Virus record (IMG/VR): IMGVR_UViG_3300046779_001075 | Location: 1-63,605 of that record | From: a virus | Taxonomy: Duplodnaviria > Caudoviricetes | Reading direction: 5' to 3' (one strand) | DNA: 63,605 nt | In this document: in pieces, positions 36,911 to 47,744 of the stretch | Layout of the letters: every line of letters begins with the position of its first letter | Numbering within the stretch: the first letter of the stretch is position 1 | Translations under genes and position numbers: made by a program | Notes under the pieces: model-generated | What the model was told of the DNA's origin: nothing | Database searches by the model: none | What the model saw: the letters and a program-made list of their open reading frames with translations, nothing else

Positions 36911-37417
36911 TTAACTCAGGAACAGCGCAATCTCTGCTTCCCGGCGCTTCACCAGTCCGGGTAAAACTTTGCCGCCGCCCTTAGTCCAAGCCATGAACGC
37001 CTGCGCCGCACCTTCCCAGTCACCCCGGTTGGCTTTCATGCGGATGGTCGAGCGTTGCAGGTTGCCTAGTCCAAAGTTAAAGGAGATAGAGACAAGAGCG
37101 TCAAAAGCGCCTTGCCTGCCAACAACGCCGGGAACAAGTCGTAGAACACCACGTTCAAAAGACGCGACGTCATCAGCGAATAATTTCTCGATTTCTTCTT
37201 TGCTCCAGACACGGTTGTCCTCCGGTTTAAGCGGCATCTCTTTGCGGATCATGGGGGTTTCTTTACCCTCGACCCGTGCCATCGGCAGTTTGATCTGCTC
37301 CTGATACAGCACATGGCCGTACCCAATCGTCCAGATGTGGGCGGGGCAAAGGTACGGCTTGTTCCTGCACCCCTCAAAGCGGTGCATCAAATCTGCGCCA
37401 GCTTTGGAGAGCTTCAC
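36911..37417 (-). CDS. Endolysin, GH24 lysozyme
   Basis: FEG..KPYLCPAHIWTIGYGH (E-x8-C-x5-T), FDALVS..FN.G, LPGLVKRR. Confidence 0.93.
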   Translation of the reverse strand: MKLSKAGADLMHRFEGCRNKPYLCPAHIWTIGYGHVLYQEQIKLPMARVEGKETPMIRKEMPLKPEDNRVWSKEEIEKLFADDVASFERGVLRLVPGVVGRQGAFDALVSISFNFGLGNLQRSTIRMKANRGDWEGAAQAFMAWTKGGGKVLPGLVKRREAEIALFLS

Positions 37418-37938
37418 TTCTTGCTCCAGCCACGCGAACCGAACCAGAAACCGATGATGCCACCCAGCATGGCCATCTCGTCAGTGCTGAAAATAATGTC
37501 ACTGAAGCGCACCAAGTCTTCGAGGTTTGTAATCAGCTTCTCGTTGTACCAGACATACCAAGCCAGCCAGCCGTTAATCAGGACCAACTCCAGCACAAAG
37601 ATGTAGGTGATGGTCGGGCGCACGGTGCCGATGTAGTTGGCAACCCATGTGGAGGCTTTGGCAAGGACTGCCTTGTCGTGCTCTTGGGCGCCTTGGGTCA
37701 TCTCGGCTTCAGCCTGCGCCATCTGTGCGTTGGTCTGCATCGCCACCTGCTCGGTGCGGATTTCTTCGATCTTGGCTTGGGCGGCAAAACCAGCAGCAGC
37801 CAGCGCCAGCTCGCGCTCGGTCTGGACTTGAGCCAAGGCCAGCTCGTGCTTTTGGTCAGCTTTGCTCTGGAAATAGTCCAGCAGTTTGGGCAAGCCGGAA
37901 ATCAGCAAGCCACCGAGTGTAGAAATTAAAGACAGCAT
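37414..37938 (-). CDS. Holin-like membrane protein (3TM type)
   Basis: VRPTITY, IIGFWFGSR; adjacent to endolysin. Confidence 0.75.
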   Translation of the reverse strand: MLSLISTLGGLLISGLPKLLDYFQSKADQKHELALAQVQTERELALAAAGFAAQAKIEEIRTEQVAMQTNAQMAQAEAEMTQGAQEHDKAVLAKASTWVANYIGTVRPTITYIFVLELVLINGWLAWYVWYNEKLITNLEDLVRFSDIIFSTDEMAMLGGIIGFWFGSRGWSKK

Positions 37939-37939
37939 G

Positions 37940-38167
37940 TCATTCCTCTAAGTTGGATTTCACGAAATTGATAATGGACTTGGTGTCGTCCACGGGCAGC
38001 ACGTACATCATGTCAAGCACCCAGTTGGCGGCGATTGCCATGCAACAGACCCGGATGAACCGGTCGATGCCGAGCTTCCAGTCTGTGCCAACTTCAAACC
38101 ACTTGAGGAGTTTCCACACATCGTCAGCACCCGTTTTTGCGGCAGAACGAGAACAGCTCCCATCCAC
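37940..38167 (-). CDS. Small hydrophobic protein (true start probably near 38119)
   Basis: ORF in lysis cassette. Confidence 0.45.
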   Translation of the reverse strand: MDGSCSRSAAKTGADDVWKLLKWFEVGTDWKLGIDRFIRVCCMAIAANWVLDMMYVLPVDDTKSIINFVKSNLEE

Positions 38168-38627
38168 CCCACATCAGGCCACAGAAGATGGCAACCGAGA
38201 TGATGACCGCGATGGCCGTCTCAAGTTCTTCCTGCTCCTTCTGCTTTTTGCGTCGGGCGTCTTCTTTGGCTTTGCCTGCGGCCTTGGCAGCCTCGGCTTC
38301 CATCACAGTGGCACGGGCCTTGATCTTCTGCCACACGTCCATCTTGTTGGCGTTCCAGAACAGGCGTTTCAGGTCTTCCTCAAACTCCTTCTGGGCGTCG
38401 ATGGCCATCTCGATCTCAAAGGCTTTGCCCATTGACGAGTTACCAAACGAGCCAGCCTTGGCCGCTTCAGCAGACGCAATGGCATTGGCCTTGGCATCGA
38501 AATACTTCCCCAGCATGGGGGCCAGCGACTCAATGTTCTGCGCCGTAGCACTGGCCTTTTTGACCAGACGTACTGCGTTATTTACCGCGTCAAGGGCGGC
38601 ATCTGGATCAAGGAGAAGGCCGATCAT
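38124..38627 (-). CDS. Coiled-coil protein with C-terminal TM helix
   Basis: AIAVIISVAIFCGLMW hydrophobic segment. Confidence 0.7.
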   Translation of the reverse strand: MIGLLLDPDAALDAVNNAVRLVKKASATAQNIESLAPMLGKYFDAKANAIASAEAAKAGSFGNSSMGKAFEIEMAIDAQKEFEEDLKRLFWNANKMDVWQKIKARATVMEAEAAKAAGKAKEDARRKKQKEQEELETAIAVIISVAIFCGLMWGGWELFSFCRKNGC

Positions 38628-38728
38628 CTAAGCACCCACCACAATATGTTTACAAGATCGAACGCCACCCACATGCACAGGCATGAGACAAGGACTCCAG
38701 CAGTGATCGCTATTGCCCAGTCTTTCAT
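38624..38728 (-). CDS. 34-aa membrane peptide (not in ORF track)
   Basis: MKDWAIAITAGVLVSCLCMWVAFDLVNILWWVLR; GGAG RBS; ATGA overlap. Confidence 0.6.
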   Translation of the reverse strand: MKDWAIAITAGVLVSCLCMWVAFDLVNILWWVLR

Positions 38729-38741
38729 GGGTCAGCTCCCC

Positions 38742-39020
38742 CTAATATTTACCTTCGGCGAACACGTTGACGAACACCGTGCCATCTTCCAGCGCTTCGA
38801 TTTCGTGCCATTGCCCAGCAATAAGATTTACTGGCTTACTGTTTTTACTCAAAACAACTTCCTTATTTTCTTTCCGCACGACAATAGAGCCAGAACAACA
38901 GTATGTTGCATGCGAATAAACATGTGTGTGTTTAATCAAGCCATCAGCTTTATCCGCATGAAAAATATGTGTTTGTACACCGTTGTACGAAAACTCAAAT
39001 TTTGGTTGTATTTGGTTCAT
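38742..39020 (-). CDS. Cupin-fold protein
   Basis: KHTHVYSH...GS...WHEIEALEDGTVF. Confidence 0.75.
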   Translation of the reverse strand: MNQIQPKFEFSYNGVQTHIFHADKADGLIKHTHVYSHATYCCSGSIVVRKENKEVVLSKNSKPVNLIAGQWHEIEALEDGTVFVNVFAEGKY

Positions 39021-39247
39021 TACAGATTTTCCAAGCCGGAAATCAAAGGCTGATCCTCTGCAACAGGATGCGGATCAGTAGGTTCAGGTGTAGGATCAAT
39101 CAAATTATTGTCGACATAAAGCCAACCAATACCTGCGGTGTCGTGCTGCAACAATGTAAAACCGGCCTCCACAGGATACTGCTGCAAGTCTTCAATGACA
39201 ACTGCGTTTACAACAACACCATTTTCAATAAGTACATATCTATTCAT
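39020..39247 (-). CDS. Small tail-fibre-associated protein
   Basis: YVLIENGVVVN...AGIGWLY; follows Gly-rich fibre gene. Confidence 0.6.
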   Translation of the reverse strand: MNRYVLIENGVVVNAVVIEDLQQYPVEAGFTLLQHDTAGIGWLYVDNNLIDPTPEPTDPHPVAEDQPLISGLENL

Positions 39248-39248
39248 T

Positions 39249-39962
39249 TTATGCCCCTTGATTACGGATTACAACACAGCCAGCAGAGCCGCCGGGGTAG
39301 AACCCAGAGCAACTAAGAACATCATAACCACCCGCCGCTCCGGGTAGATAATTTGATGTTAAAGAGTACGTTTTTGCAGTTGCTCCGGTGTCGTAATTTG
39401 TAATGATCGAGCCTTCTGCAAAACCCCCTAAATTTTTTGAAAGTCCGACTATATTCGCCTCGCGATTACTAAAAATAACCCAGCTAGCTGTTCCAATGCT
39501 TGTCCCTCCGAAAGCACCACCAATACATGTATTTTTCAATGTGCCGCCTGTACCGTTGCCGTTTGTAGCGTAAGCGGCACTGTTGGGCGCACCCGCGCCC
39601 CCAGTAGCAGACATCAATTTGGAAGATGAATTTACACCAAACCATGATTCACCACCAGCACTACCACCAGCAGTGGAACCAGCACCTCCAGCACCAACCG
39701 TCACTGTGTAGGTTGTTCCGGGAGTGACAGATATAACACCGTCAGCATAACCGCCAAAACCGCCACTTCTGCCATAGTTACGGCCCGCGCCGCCTCCCCC
39801 GCCAACAACAGAAAGACGGATTTTTGTTACACCAGCAGGGCAAGTCCATGTGCTCGACGATGTAAAAAGCGTTGTATCGACCAAAGTCACTGCAGATGCA
39901 GCAGTGGTTTGAGTCGTTCCGTCATTGAAAGTGATGGTTGTTCCGCCAACTGTAATTGCCAT
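39249..39962 (-). CDS. Glycine-rich fibre/receptor-binding protein
   Basis: ITFNDGTTQTTA, FTSSSTWTCPAGVT, VVGGGGGAG, YTVTVGAGG. Confidence 0.7.
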   Translation of the reverse strand: MAITVGGTTITFNDGTTQTTAASAVTLVDTTLFTSSSTWTCPAGVTKIRLSVVGGGGGAGRNYGRSGGFGGYADGVISVTPGTTYTVTVGAGGAGSTAGGSAGGESWFGVNSSSKLMSATGGAGAPNSAAYATNGNGTGGTLKNTCIGGAFGGTSIGTASWVIFSNREANIVGLSKNLGGFAEGSIITNYDTGATAKTYSLTSNYLPGAAGGYDVLSCSGFYPGGSAGCVVIRNQGA

Positions 39963-40015
39963 AATTACTCCTTATTCGGCACTGAAGCCAGTTATCTGAT
40001 CCGTTGTAACCTTGG

Positions 40016-41788
40016 TCATCCCGCGCTTACGCTGCCGGAAACAACCATATTGCCAGCCAAGTCAATTGACATCCGCTCAAGCGTTTTGTACTTCAAAATA
40101 AGTTCTGAAGTAGTTTCGGTCTGCGTACCCGATTGAGAACCCGATGTATTGACCAGCGTTCGCCATGTTGCTGTCTGATTGCCAGCCTGCGTCCCGCTGG
40201 TGTCAATTGCAGAACCGCCCGATGTGGCTGATACCTCAAAAGTTGTGCTTGTGCGGTTGATGACGTAATACTGCGTGCCCGCTGTCAAACCAGTTGGTAA
40301 CGTGTCGGTTGTGGAGAAAGTCACCACATCGCCATTGGATGGCGCAGACGCTACAGTAACCACCGCTGGAGTGGCGATCGTAATGGTTGCGGACTGCGAT
40401 ATGTCCTTAGCTGTCGCCAGCTTGTACGTTGTCGATGTCCTGTCGTACACGTAGTACGCAGCGTCAGCGGTAATCCCGGTCGGGAGAGCGCCGGTAGTGG
40501 AAAAAGACACAGCCGTGCCGTTAGCTGGTGCAGTAGTGACCGTTACAACTGCGGGGCTTGCAATCGTCATGGTCGCTGTCTGTGTGGCAAGAGTCTCAGA
40601 AAATGCCCAGTTCGTTGTCCCCATGCCGGGGACGGCGTTAGTAACAAACCCGCACGTTGCAAGCGCCGTTGTTGAAGTAGCCACAGGTGCAGTGACACCC
40701 AAAGACACGGGGGTCAACGTCAAGTTACCTGAACCAACGTTGGTAATGTTTACAGCCGAACCACCGAACGTGGTTGACAGCTTGATTGTCTGGGTTCCCG
40801 AGTAAGTTCCGCTGATGGCGGTTGAGGCCGCAGTCTGAGAAAGAGCAATGTTGTAAGTGCCGGTTCCGCCTGTACCGGTGCCCAAAGAAGAGACGGTAGT
40901 CGCGCTAACGCCGGTGCCGGAGATTGCTGTACCCACGCCAATAGAGCCCGCATACACTGCAGAAATTGTAAGAGTGGTACCAGAAATTGAACCCAGACCC
41001 GAGAAATACGGTGTCGCACTTGTTTTGACAACGTAGTAGTTGGTGTTGGTGGACAACCCCGTAGGCATCGTGCCAGATGATGTCAGCACAACCGCCAGCC
41101 CATCGGAATAAACGGCAGACGGCAACTCAATTGTGTCTGCGGCCACGACAATCTTTGAAGTCTGGTCAACGGTTTGAGCGGTTGCGCCGTTCAAATACGC
41201 AGTGCTGTTTGTGGAAAGATACTCCAGCGCTGCGACATTCCCGCGAACCGATTGCGAACCGTACGTGGCAATTGACGCATTGGTGGTAATTCCGTCGTCT
41301 ACAGTCAGAGCGCCGCCTACAGCCAGAGCGCCACTGACGTCAAAAGTTGGCGCAAAGTTCAAAACCGACGCAAAGTTGGTTCCATCCGACCACACTGCGA
41401 CGGTCTTACCTGCCGGAATAACAACCCCGGTTCCAGCCGCTGTGGTGTTACCAATCGACGTCGAGTTGTAAATTGTGGCCGAGTAAGCGCTGGCGTTGTA
41501 GATTACATACTGCTTGGACGCTGGCGGCGCGTACACACTAAACGCTGCGGTGGTGGTTGTGGTCAGTGCAATTGCCGCGTGAACAGCTTGGTTGGCTGAT
41601 ACCGTTGCAGAACCGCCGTTCAAATATGTAAGCGCTTGGTTTGCCGAAGTAACCGATACAGAGATATACCCCGCTATCGCCTGCTCAATGACGTAAGCCA
41701 AGTTGGTGTTGGTCGTCGCTCCCCACGTACCGGCTTGGTCGCCGGTTGTGATGAGTTCGATCCGAAGGTCTGGGGAGTATGTGCTCAT
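40016..41788 (-). CDS. Tail fibre / structural protein with repeated modules
   Basis: [24 protein letters not shown]-terminus; three PTG(L/I)..YYV modules. Confidence 0.75.
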   Translation of the reverse strand: MSTYSPDLRIELITTGDQAGTWGATTNTNLAYVIEQAIAGYISVSVTSANQALTYLNGGSATVSANQAVHAAIALTTTTTAAFSVYAPPASKQYVIYNASAYSATIYNSTSIGNTTAAGTGVVIPAGKTVAVWSDGTNFASVLNFAPTFDVSGALAVGGALTVDDGITTNASIATYGSQSVRGNVAALEYLSTNSTAYLNGATAQTVDQTSKIVVAADTIELPSAVYSDGLAVVLTSSGTMPTGLSTNTNYYVVKTSATPYFSGLGSISGTTLTISAVYAGSIGVGTAISGTGVSATTVSSLGTGTGGTGTYNIALSQTAASTAISGTYSGTQTIKLSTTFGGSAVNITNVGSGNLTLTPVSLGVTAPVATSTTALATCGFVTNAVPGMGTTNWAFSETLATQTATMTIASPAVVTVTTAPANGTAVSFSTTGALPTGITADAAYYVYDRTSTTYKLATAKDISQSATITIATPAVVTVASAPSNGDVVTFSTTDTLPTGLTAGTQYYVINRTSTTFEVSATSGGSAIDTSGTQAGNQTATWRTLVNTSGSQSGTQTETTSELILKYKTLERMSIDLAGNMVVSGSVSAG

Positions 41789-44493
41789 GGTGCGTTACCT
41801 TTTGTCAATTGTGCCACGAGGGCCTCCAGTTTGGCAATCCGTTCTTCTTGCTCAACAACGCGCTTGGCCAGTTGAATTGCGGATACGAGGGCTGCGGCTC
41901 CGTAGTTTACTGAGAGCTTACCGTCCGACCCAACCGGTACAGAGTTTGGCAACAGGGGTTGCAGTGATTGAGCGGAAACACCATCCTGCGTCATTTCTTG
42001 GTCAACGCGGTCATATGTGCCGTGCTTCACCACCGCCAGACGCTCAACGTAGTCGGTTGGGAGATCGCGCCAATTGGTCTTCAGGCTTTCGTCTGAAGAG
42101 GCGGTAAACGACACAGCTGTGTAACTGTTCGCGGAGTTCAACCCGTTTGCAGTTGTAGCGGTAGATGCGGTTCCTGTTAGGTTGGCGGTAATGGTGCCTG
42201 CGCTAAAGTTGCCCGAGCCATCACGAGCCACAACTTTACCGGCGGTGTTTGTGGTGGTGGCATCAACAGCCAGTGTGCCTGTTGTGGTGATTGTGCCGCC
42301 AGTCAGGTACGTGCCCGCAACAACCGATGTGACCGAGCCGTTGCCTGTACCCGCGCCCAAGTTTGCCCGAGCTGTTGCCGCATCTGTCGCGCCTGTACCC
42401 CCGTTGGCCACAGCCAAAGTGCCGCTGATGTGGGTGGTCAGACCGATCTTGCCCCACGCCGGGGCAGTGCCAACACCGCCAGAAATCAGTGCGTTGCCAG
42501 TGGCTACATCCGCGAGCTTGGCCAGAGATGTTGATGTATTCGCATACAGCAGGTCCCCAACAGCATAAGAAGACTGCCCAGTGCCACCGTAAGCAGCAGC
42601 AATAACGCTGCCGTTCCAAGTACCAGCAGCGAGAGTGCCAACTCCAGTAATCCCAGTGTACGAACCGTTAAGACGTGCAGACGGGAGGGTTCCTGATGTG
42701 ATGTTTGCTGCATTGGTGGTGTCCGTTGTTGCCGAAGGAGCCAAGCCAGAAACATCTGCCGCTGCGATGGTGCCCCATGAAGGAGCCGCAGAAACCCCGC
42801 CGCCTGCGCCAGTTTGGACCAAGAATGTCTTGGTTGTGGTGGTGTTGCCCGCCAGCTTGGCCAAGGTGTTGGTGGCTGACGAGTAGATGATGTCGCCCAG
42901 CGTGTAGGTAGTCAAACCTGTACCGCCGTTGCCTGTTGGCAATGTGCCCGACACAGCGCCGGATTGGTTCAAAGAAACCGCGTTCCACTCGACGTTGGTG
43001 CCGCCAGCGTTCATAACCAGCGATTTGTAGCCCGCACCCGCAGCCAGCTTGCCCCATGTGTTGGTGCCCGAGCCGTACAACAGATCGCCCGTTGCAACTG
43101 TGGCCGTGCCCGTGCCGCCGTTGGTGGCTGCAACTGTGCCTGACAAGGAGATGACATTACCCGAGACGTTAACTGGCGCTGTGCCCGTGTAAACAGGCAC
43201 TTGGCTAAACTCGTTGAACGTAATGTCAGTAGTGCCAAAAGTGATGGCGCTGGTGTTTGTACAGATAAACGCAAAGAAACCTTGCGTAGTACCGCTGGTC
43301 ACGAAGAAATAATCACCACCACCCAAGCTGTTTGGGTCGCCTTCGGAAGAAGTGTTGGCATCAGAAGAGCGAGTCAGCACCCAGTTTGTGGAGCCGCTGC
43401 CCACGGTGGTAACAACATAAACGCCGTTTTGAAGCCCGGTGGTCTGCTGCCAAACCAGTACGCGGTCATTGGTGGCCAAAGCCACGCCGTCAACAGACAG
43501 AGCTGCCTGAGCGCCCGAGTTGGTCAACGTCGCCCCAACACCAGAAGAGCCGTTGCTATAGGTGGCAGTCAAGTTCCCTGTTGTAGCAACAAGCACAGGC
43601 TCATGGACGTGGAAGCCGTTTGATGTGGCGTTGTCCACATATTGCTTGGTGGCAGCTTGAAGAGCCAGCGTTGGGTCGGCATCCAACAGCACGGTAGACT
43701 GGAATTCAGCCGCCCCGGTGATGACGGCTGCGCCTGCCACGGACAAGCCGTTGGCCAATTCCACGTCTTGGTCTGTACCTTTGATACGGATGGCTTCATT
43801 GGTAGCGTCTACGCCGCCAGCAAACAGAACCACGTCTTTGTTGGCTGTCTGGTTGCCGAGGAAGAAATCATCACCATCATGGAACAGATAGCCCGAACCG
43901 GGGGTAAACAGCGGGTAATCCACCGACGTGTAGTTTGAGCTGTTGATGCCCATGTCGGTGAAGTGCGTGTACCCGTCTGTGGTGGCGTCGTTGTACACCA
44001 CGAAGTCGGCAGAAGCCGAAGAGCCGTCGCTCTGGTTCAAGTTATACACCTGACCAAAAGAGTCCACGTTGCCCACAAACTTACCCAACTCCGCTTCCAG
44101 AGATGGGTTGACCGTCACACCAGAACCCAAAACGGTGATTGGACCGCCATCAATCAGCGTCTGACCATCGGGCTCTTCGTAAATAGCTCGCTCGGCAGGG
44201 TATGTGACAAACACATCTTTTGTGCCTGCGGAGAAGTTGACCAAGTTACCCGCGTTGCTGGACTCAAACACAGTATCACGAGACAGGGTGAACGTGCCTG
44301 CGGTATCAGTAACAGTGCCCTTGCCTACTTCCCACTCGCTGCCAGATTGAAGGGCAATCGTGTAGTAAGTCTCGTTGCCGTTGCCGATTGCAGCAAATGT
44401 CTGGTAACCTGTTGCGGCGGAGCCCAGCGTTGCTGTGCCTGTGCCAGTAACACCTGATGCAACTTTGACTCGATCTTTTAGAACAATGGCCAT
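41785..44493 (-). CDS. Tail fibre with C-terminal intramolecular chaperone (S74-like)
   Basis: [14 protein letters not shown](L/I)(L/I)Y repeats, SDESLKTN...GVSAQ...LSVNY, coiled-coil end. Confidence 0.82.
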   Translation of the reverse strand: MAIVLKDRVKVASGVTGTGTATLGSAATGYQTFAAIGNGNETYYTIALQSGSEWEVGKGTVTDTAGTFTLSRDTVFESSNAGNLVNFSAGTKDVFVTYPAERAIYEEPDGQTLIDGGPITVLGSGVTVNPSLEAELGKFVGNVDSFGQVYNLNQSDGSSASADFVVYNDATTDGYTHFTDMGINSSNYTSVDYPLFTPGSGYLFHDGDDFFLGNQTANKDVVLFAGGVDATNEAIRIKGTDQDVELANGLSVAGAAVITGAAEFQSTVLLDADPTLALQAATKQYVDNATSNGFHVHEPVLVATTGNLTATYSNGSSGVGATLTNSGAQAALSVDGVALATNDRVLVWQQTTGLQNGVYVVTTVGSGSTNWVLTRSSDANTSSEGDPNSLGGGDYFFVTSGTTQGFFAFICTNTSAITFGTTDITFNEFSQVPVYTGTAPVNVSGNVISLSGTVAATNGGTGTATVATGDLLYGSGTNTWGKLAAGAGYKSLVMNAGGTNVEWNAVSLNQSGAVSGTLPTGNGGTGLTTYTLGDIIYSSATNTLAKLAGNTTTTKTFLVQTGAGGGVSAAPSWGTIAAADVSGLAPSATTDTTNAANITSGTLPSARLNGSYTGITGVGTLAAGTWNGSVIAAAYGGTGQSSYAVGDLLYANTSTSLAKLADVATGNALISGGVGTAPAWGKIGLTTHISGTLAVANGGTGATDAATARANLGAGTGNGSVTSVVAGTYLTGGTITTTGTLAVDATTTNTAGKVVARDGSGNFSAGTITANLTGTASTATTANGLNSANSYTAVSFTASSDESLKTNWRDLPTDYVERLAVVKHGTYDRVDQEMTQDGVSAQSLQPLLPNSVPVGSDGKLSVNYGAAALVSAIQLAKRVVEQEERIAKLEALVAQLTKGNAP

Positions 44494-44501
44494 AAAACCT
44501 C

Positions 44502-45119
44502 TTATGCTTGCGTTTTCACCGGCGTCCAAACGGCTGGCTGATTGTTGTCAATTGTGCCCCAGCTTGTAGACTGGTAAGCGTTTACGGAACCCCAAGCACT
44601 TGTTTGAGAATCGTTGATGACGTTCCACAAATAATTTGCTACATCTGAGTCCGTGATCGTAGCGGAACCCGCAAACGAAGCAAACATTATTGCCAAGGCA
44701 CTGACCGCGTCATCGCCTGCGGCGGCATCTGAAACAGTTGCATTGAACTCGGACGCCTCCACCAATGCGGAGTCGGCTCCAGTTGCGGCATCAGACAAGG
44801 CTGACAAAAAAACGGCAAGCGCCGCCGCAGAGTCAGCGCCAACAGCTGCGTCTGAAAGACTCGACACGAAAACCGTCAACGCGCTCACGGCGTCTGCCCC
44901 AGCTGCGGCGCCAGACATATTAGCGGTAAAGGTTGAAACCTCGACGTGCGTTAAATCCGAGCCAGTAGCATCTTCTGTAACGGCAGTTAAATAGATTGGC
45001 GATGCTTGGAGCGCAATATCGGCTACTACCGCAGAGTCGCTAAACTCGACGTCATAGGCGATGCCCTCGGTGCCAACCGCCCCCAACGGGGCCGCAGCGA
45101 GTGGCGCGAACCCAAGCAT
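44502..45119 (-). CDS. Acidic Ala/Ser-repeat virion protein
   Basis: MLGFAPLAAAPLG; repeated SDAA.GAD units. Confidence 0.65.
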   Translation of the reverse strand: MLGFAPLAAAPLGAVGTEGIAYDVEFSDSAVVADIALQASPIYLTAVTEDATGSDLTHVEVSTFTANMSGAAAGADAVSALTVFVSSLSDAAVGADSAAALAVFLSALSDAATGADSALVEASEFNATVSDAAAGDDAVSALAIMFASFAGSATITDSDVANYLWNVINDSQTSAWGSVNAYQSTSWGTIDNNQPAVWTPVKTQA

Positions 45120-45131
45120 TGGGGTGTTCCT

Positions 45132-45707
45132 TTAAGCTGCGTCGAGGCTGAAGGTGTACGACACGTTCAGTGTGTCACCGTTAACCACGACACGATCTCC
45201 GGGGGAGTCAAAATCTGCTTCAGAAAACAGGATACCCGAAGTGCCGCTAGCCACAGTGCAAATAAATGCGCCTGCGACTGTCGCAGAGCCAGTAATGGCA
45301 AAAGACGATGGAGCGCCGGTGCTGTCGATAACCGAAGGCGCTGCAGTGGTAGGAGTACCAAAAGTCACAGCCTTACGCGAGCCGGAGTAGTCTGTAAACT
45401 CGGTCCAACCAGCGTGAGAAGCCAGAGTGTCGGCGGCAGCGTATGCGGTAGCGGAAGCGGGGCCAGTCACCAAACCAAGGTAGAACGCAGCGGTGTAGCT
45501 GGAGCCCTTGAAATATTTGTTGTTCATGTCCTGCAGGCCGGTGTTCACAACGAGGTTGTGCATCTTGCCGGACCACTTCAAGTTACCGTCTTTATCAAGG
45601 CACTCGACGTGATACACACCGCCGCCCTTGGCGGACTCACCAAACCCAGTTTTAGCAACCATGCCAGCAGTCACGCTGTCTGCAGATTTTGCTTTTTCGA
45701 TAGCCAT
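45132..45707 (-). CDS. Virion structural protein
   Basis: NLVVNTG, YLGL, GDTLNVSY; tail module context. Confidence 0.7.
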   Translation of the reverse strand: MAIEKAKSADSVTAGMVAKTGFGESAKGGGVYHVECLDKDGNLKWSGKMHNLVVNTGLQDMNNKYFKGSSYTAAFYLGLVTGPASATAYAAADTLASHAGWTEFTDYSGSRKAVTFGTPTTAAPSVIDSTGAPSSFAITGSATVAGAFICTVASGTSGILFSEADFDSPGDRVVVNGDTLNVSYTFSLDAA

Positions 45708-45717
45708 AAAGACCCCT

Positions 45718-46152
45718 TTAGGAAATACGGATGATCGCCGATGTATTTGTCACGGCAGGAAATTGGACGGTAAACGTGGCAGTTGAGGTCTTGTCCGCCC
45801 CAAAATCTAACACGCACACAGATGGATTACCGCTACCTACTTGGTAAATCAACGCACCGCGTGCGGTAAGCGCTGAAGTCCAAGTCACGTTGCTGAACGA
45901 CAAATACGCCGTAGCGTTACCCGTTTGGTTGCCAATAGTCGGAACTTGCGAGATGGTCAACGCCTCACCGCCAGCGGTGTAGCCGGAAGCCACCACTTCA
46001 CCAGTCATGCCGGTGGTGTAAGCTGTTGTGTCTGGGCCAATCGAAGCTGCGCCGGTGAATAACGCGATCTTGAAAGAGCCTGCGGCCAAGTCGAATGTAC
46101 CATCAAGCAGTCCGACTTTGAATGTGTTCGTTGCGCCTTGTGCGATCGCCAT
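45718..46152 (-). CDS. Virion structural protein
   Basis: FKIALF, GYTAGG, ARGALIY, VLDFGADK. Confidence 0.7.
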   Translation of the reverse strand: MAIAQGATNTFKVGLLDGTFDLAAGSFKIALFTGAASIGPDTTAYTTGMTGEVVASGYTAGGEALTISQVPTIGNQTGNATAYLSFSNVTWTSALTARGALIYQVGSGNPSVCVLDFGADKTSTATFTVQFPAVTNTSAIIRIS

Positions 46153-46153
46153 A

Positions 46154-46828
46154 TCAAGTCACCGCCTGTCGGTATTGGCCAGAACGATAAGCGTCCTGAC
46201 GCTCCATGCCATCGCCCAGACGTTTTGCCAAAGCCAATGCCTCAGTGTACTTAGCGTTGTACAGCTGAACCATATCGGCCTCACCCTTCATAAAGGTGAT
46301 GGCTTCCACCAGTGCGCCATACAACAGCACGGAATCAAAGTTATCACCCAGCCACGTCTCGTCCGCAGTGACGATAGACTCGGGGTAGTAGTAATAATGC
46401 AGCTCCACGGAATACACAGCATCCGGTGTTGGGCCAAGAATCAACGACAACTCGTTTGTGATGATTGGAGAAGCGTCGTTGGTCGTAGAAGGGCCAAACA
46501 GAGCGTAGTATTTGGGGATCGCAGTGCTCGTTGGCGTTGGATACGCCTGACGAATGAAGTTAACGTCCTTGTTCAGGAGGTATTCATATGCACCTGTGCC
46601 GTCGATGACGGCCAAAGAATATACCGCCAAAAAATCGCTTGGGGCGGACAGATACTTGTTGTTCGTCGTGGTAACGCCCGTGACGTTTTTGCGCAACGAA
46701 GGGAACTGCACCGAGTTATAGATGCGCTGCTCCGCCTGCTTGACAAACACAGGGATGTTGTCAATGAAGTCTTGGTCGAAGTTCTGCGTGTAATCGCAGA
46801 TAGCAGCGGTCAACTGGGTGTAGTTCAT
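46154..46828 (-). CDS. Tail adaptor / tubular-A-like protein
   Basis: MNYTQL, AEQRIY, PKYYA, GPTPD, LLYGALVEA. Confidence 0.7.
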   Translation of the reverse strand: MNYTQLTAAICDYTQNFDQDFIDNIPVFVKQAEQRIYNSVQFPSLRKNVTGVTTTNNKYLSAPSDFLAVYSLAVIDGTGAYEYLLNKDVNFIRQAYPTPTSTAIPKYYALFGPSTTNDASPIITNELSLILGPTPDAVYSVELHYYYYPESIVTADETWLGDNFDSVLLYGALVEAITFMKGEADMVQLYNAKYTEALALAKRLGDGMERQDAYRSGQYRQAVT

Positions 46829-46835
46829 GTTCGTA

Positions 46836-47108
46836 TCAGGCCATTGGGCCGCGAGCCATCACGCCTTTTGTGGCCGCGCCGGTACCACGGATTTTAATGC
46901 CCGTAGTCTTGACGTCGTCGGCAGCAGGGTTGCCAGCGCTCACGCGAGCAGCCACGGTACGTGGGGACATTTGTTCTGCGGACATGTTGTTTGGGTCTTG
47001 CGCTTTCTTAGCGCCAGTACCAGCTTTGCCGTCCATAGTGTGTGGCTTGGCATAGACGCTGGCGGAACCAACTTCTTTACCCATCATTTTCTTGCTGAAT
47101 TTAGCCAT
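46836..47108 (-). CDS. Small basic protein
   Basis: C-terminal GIKIRGTGAATKG..ARGPMA. Confidence 0.7.
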   Translation of the reverse strand: MAKFSKKMMGKEVGSASVYAKPHTMDGKAGTGAKKAQDPNNMSAEQMSPRTVAARVSAGNPAADDVKTTGIKIRGTGAATKGVMARGPMA

Positions 47109-47110
47109 GA

Positions 47111-47305
47111 TTAGCCTCGTTTCTGTGCTGCAACTTTAGCCAAACCACGACCCATAGACTTCATGTCAGCGTTGGTTTTGCCGCCCTTGACGCCTTTGTG
47201 GCCTTTGCCTTTTTGCGCAGCTACCGTGGGGCCGCTGTCACCGAGGTTTTTACCCTCGGTTTTGCCCTTGGTGTTAATGCCTTGTGCGCCTGCTTTGAAT
47301 GACAT
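47111..47305 (-). CDS. Small basic protein
   Basis: AQGINTKGKTEG; MKSMGRGLAK; AAGGAG RBS. Confidence 0.7.
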   Translation of the reverse strand: MSFKAGAQGINTKGKTEGKNLGDSGPTVAAQKGKGHKGVKGGKTNADMKSMGRGLAKVAAQKRG

Positions 47306-47315
47306 GTTCGACTCC

Positions 47316-47744
47316 TTACGTCGTTGATATAGTGACTGTACCAATTTCCACGGCTAAAGCCAAGTAATTTGGCGTCAAACCATCGTCGGTATTTGCCGCT
47401 CCACCAACAGGGTTCCACCCCCACTGAATGTTGCGACTACCTTCGCCCTGAAAACCCTGCTCCTGCGTGCTCGTACCGTTACCGTACGAAATCTGCAAAC
47501 CCGTCGTACCAGACGTTACATAGCTTCGATCTGGGCGTGGGCTACGCAAACCTTGCGGGTCATCAACGGGGTACATACCCAGCTGAAGCTGCGGTTGATC
47601 TGGGTCCCAGCACTCTGGGCAAACCAAGAGCTCATAGTTCTTGGTCTTGATAATCTCGCGCTTGAGCTGCTTCAGTTTGAACCGCTGGTCGCAACGGTCG
47701 CACTGAGCAATCGCCCATTTACCGCTGGCGAACCGGTTAGCCAT
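47316..47744 (-). CDS. Zinc-ribbon virion-module protein
   Basis: CDRC...CPECWD...DPQ.L..PRPD. Confidence 0.7.
   Translation of the reverse strand: MANRFASGKWAIAQCDRCDQRFKLKQLKREIIKTKNYELLVCPECWDPDQPQLQLGMYPVDDPQGLRSPRPDRSYVTSGTTGLQISYGNGTSTQEQGFQGEGSRNIQWGWNPVGGAANTDDGLTPNYLALAVEIGTVTISTT

Noticed and set aside
38742-44493. Diversity-generating retroelement or invertase-driven fibre switching
   Set aside because: No reverse transcriptase or recombinase, and no template/variable repeat pair seen
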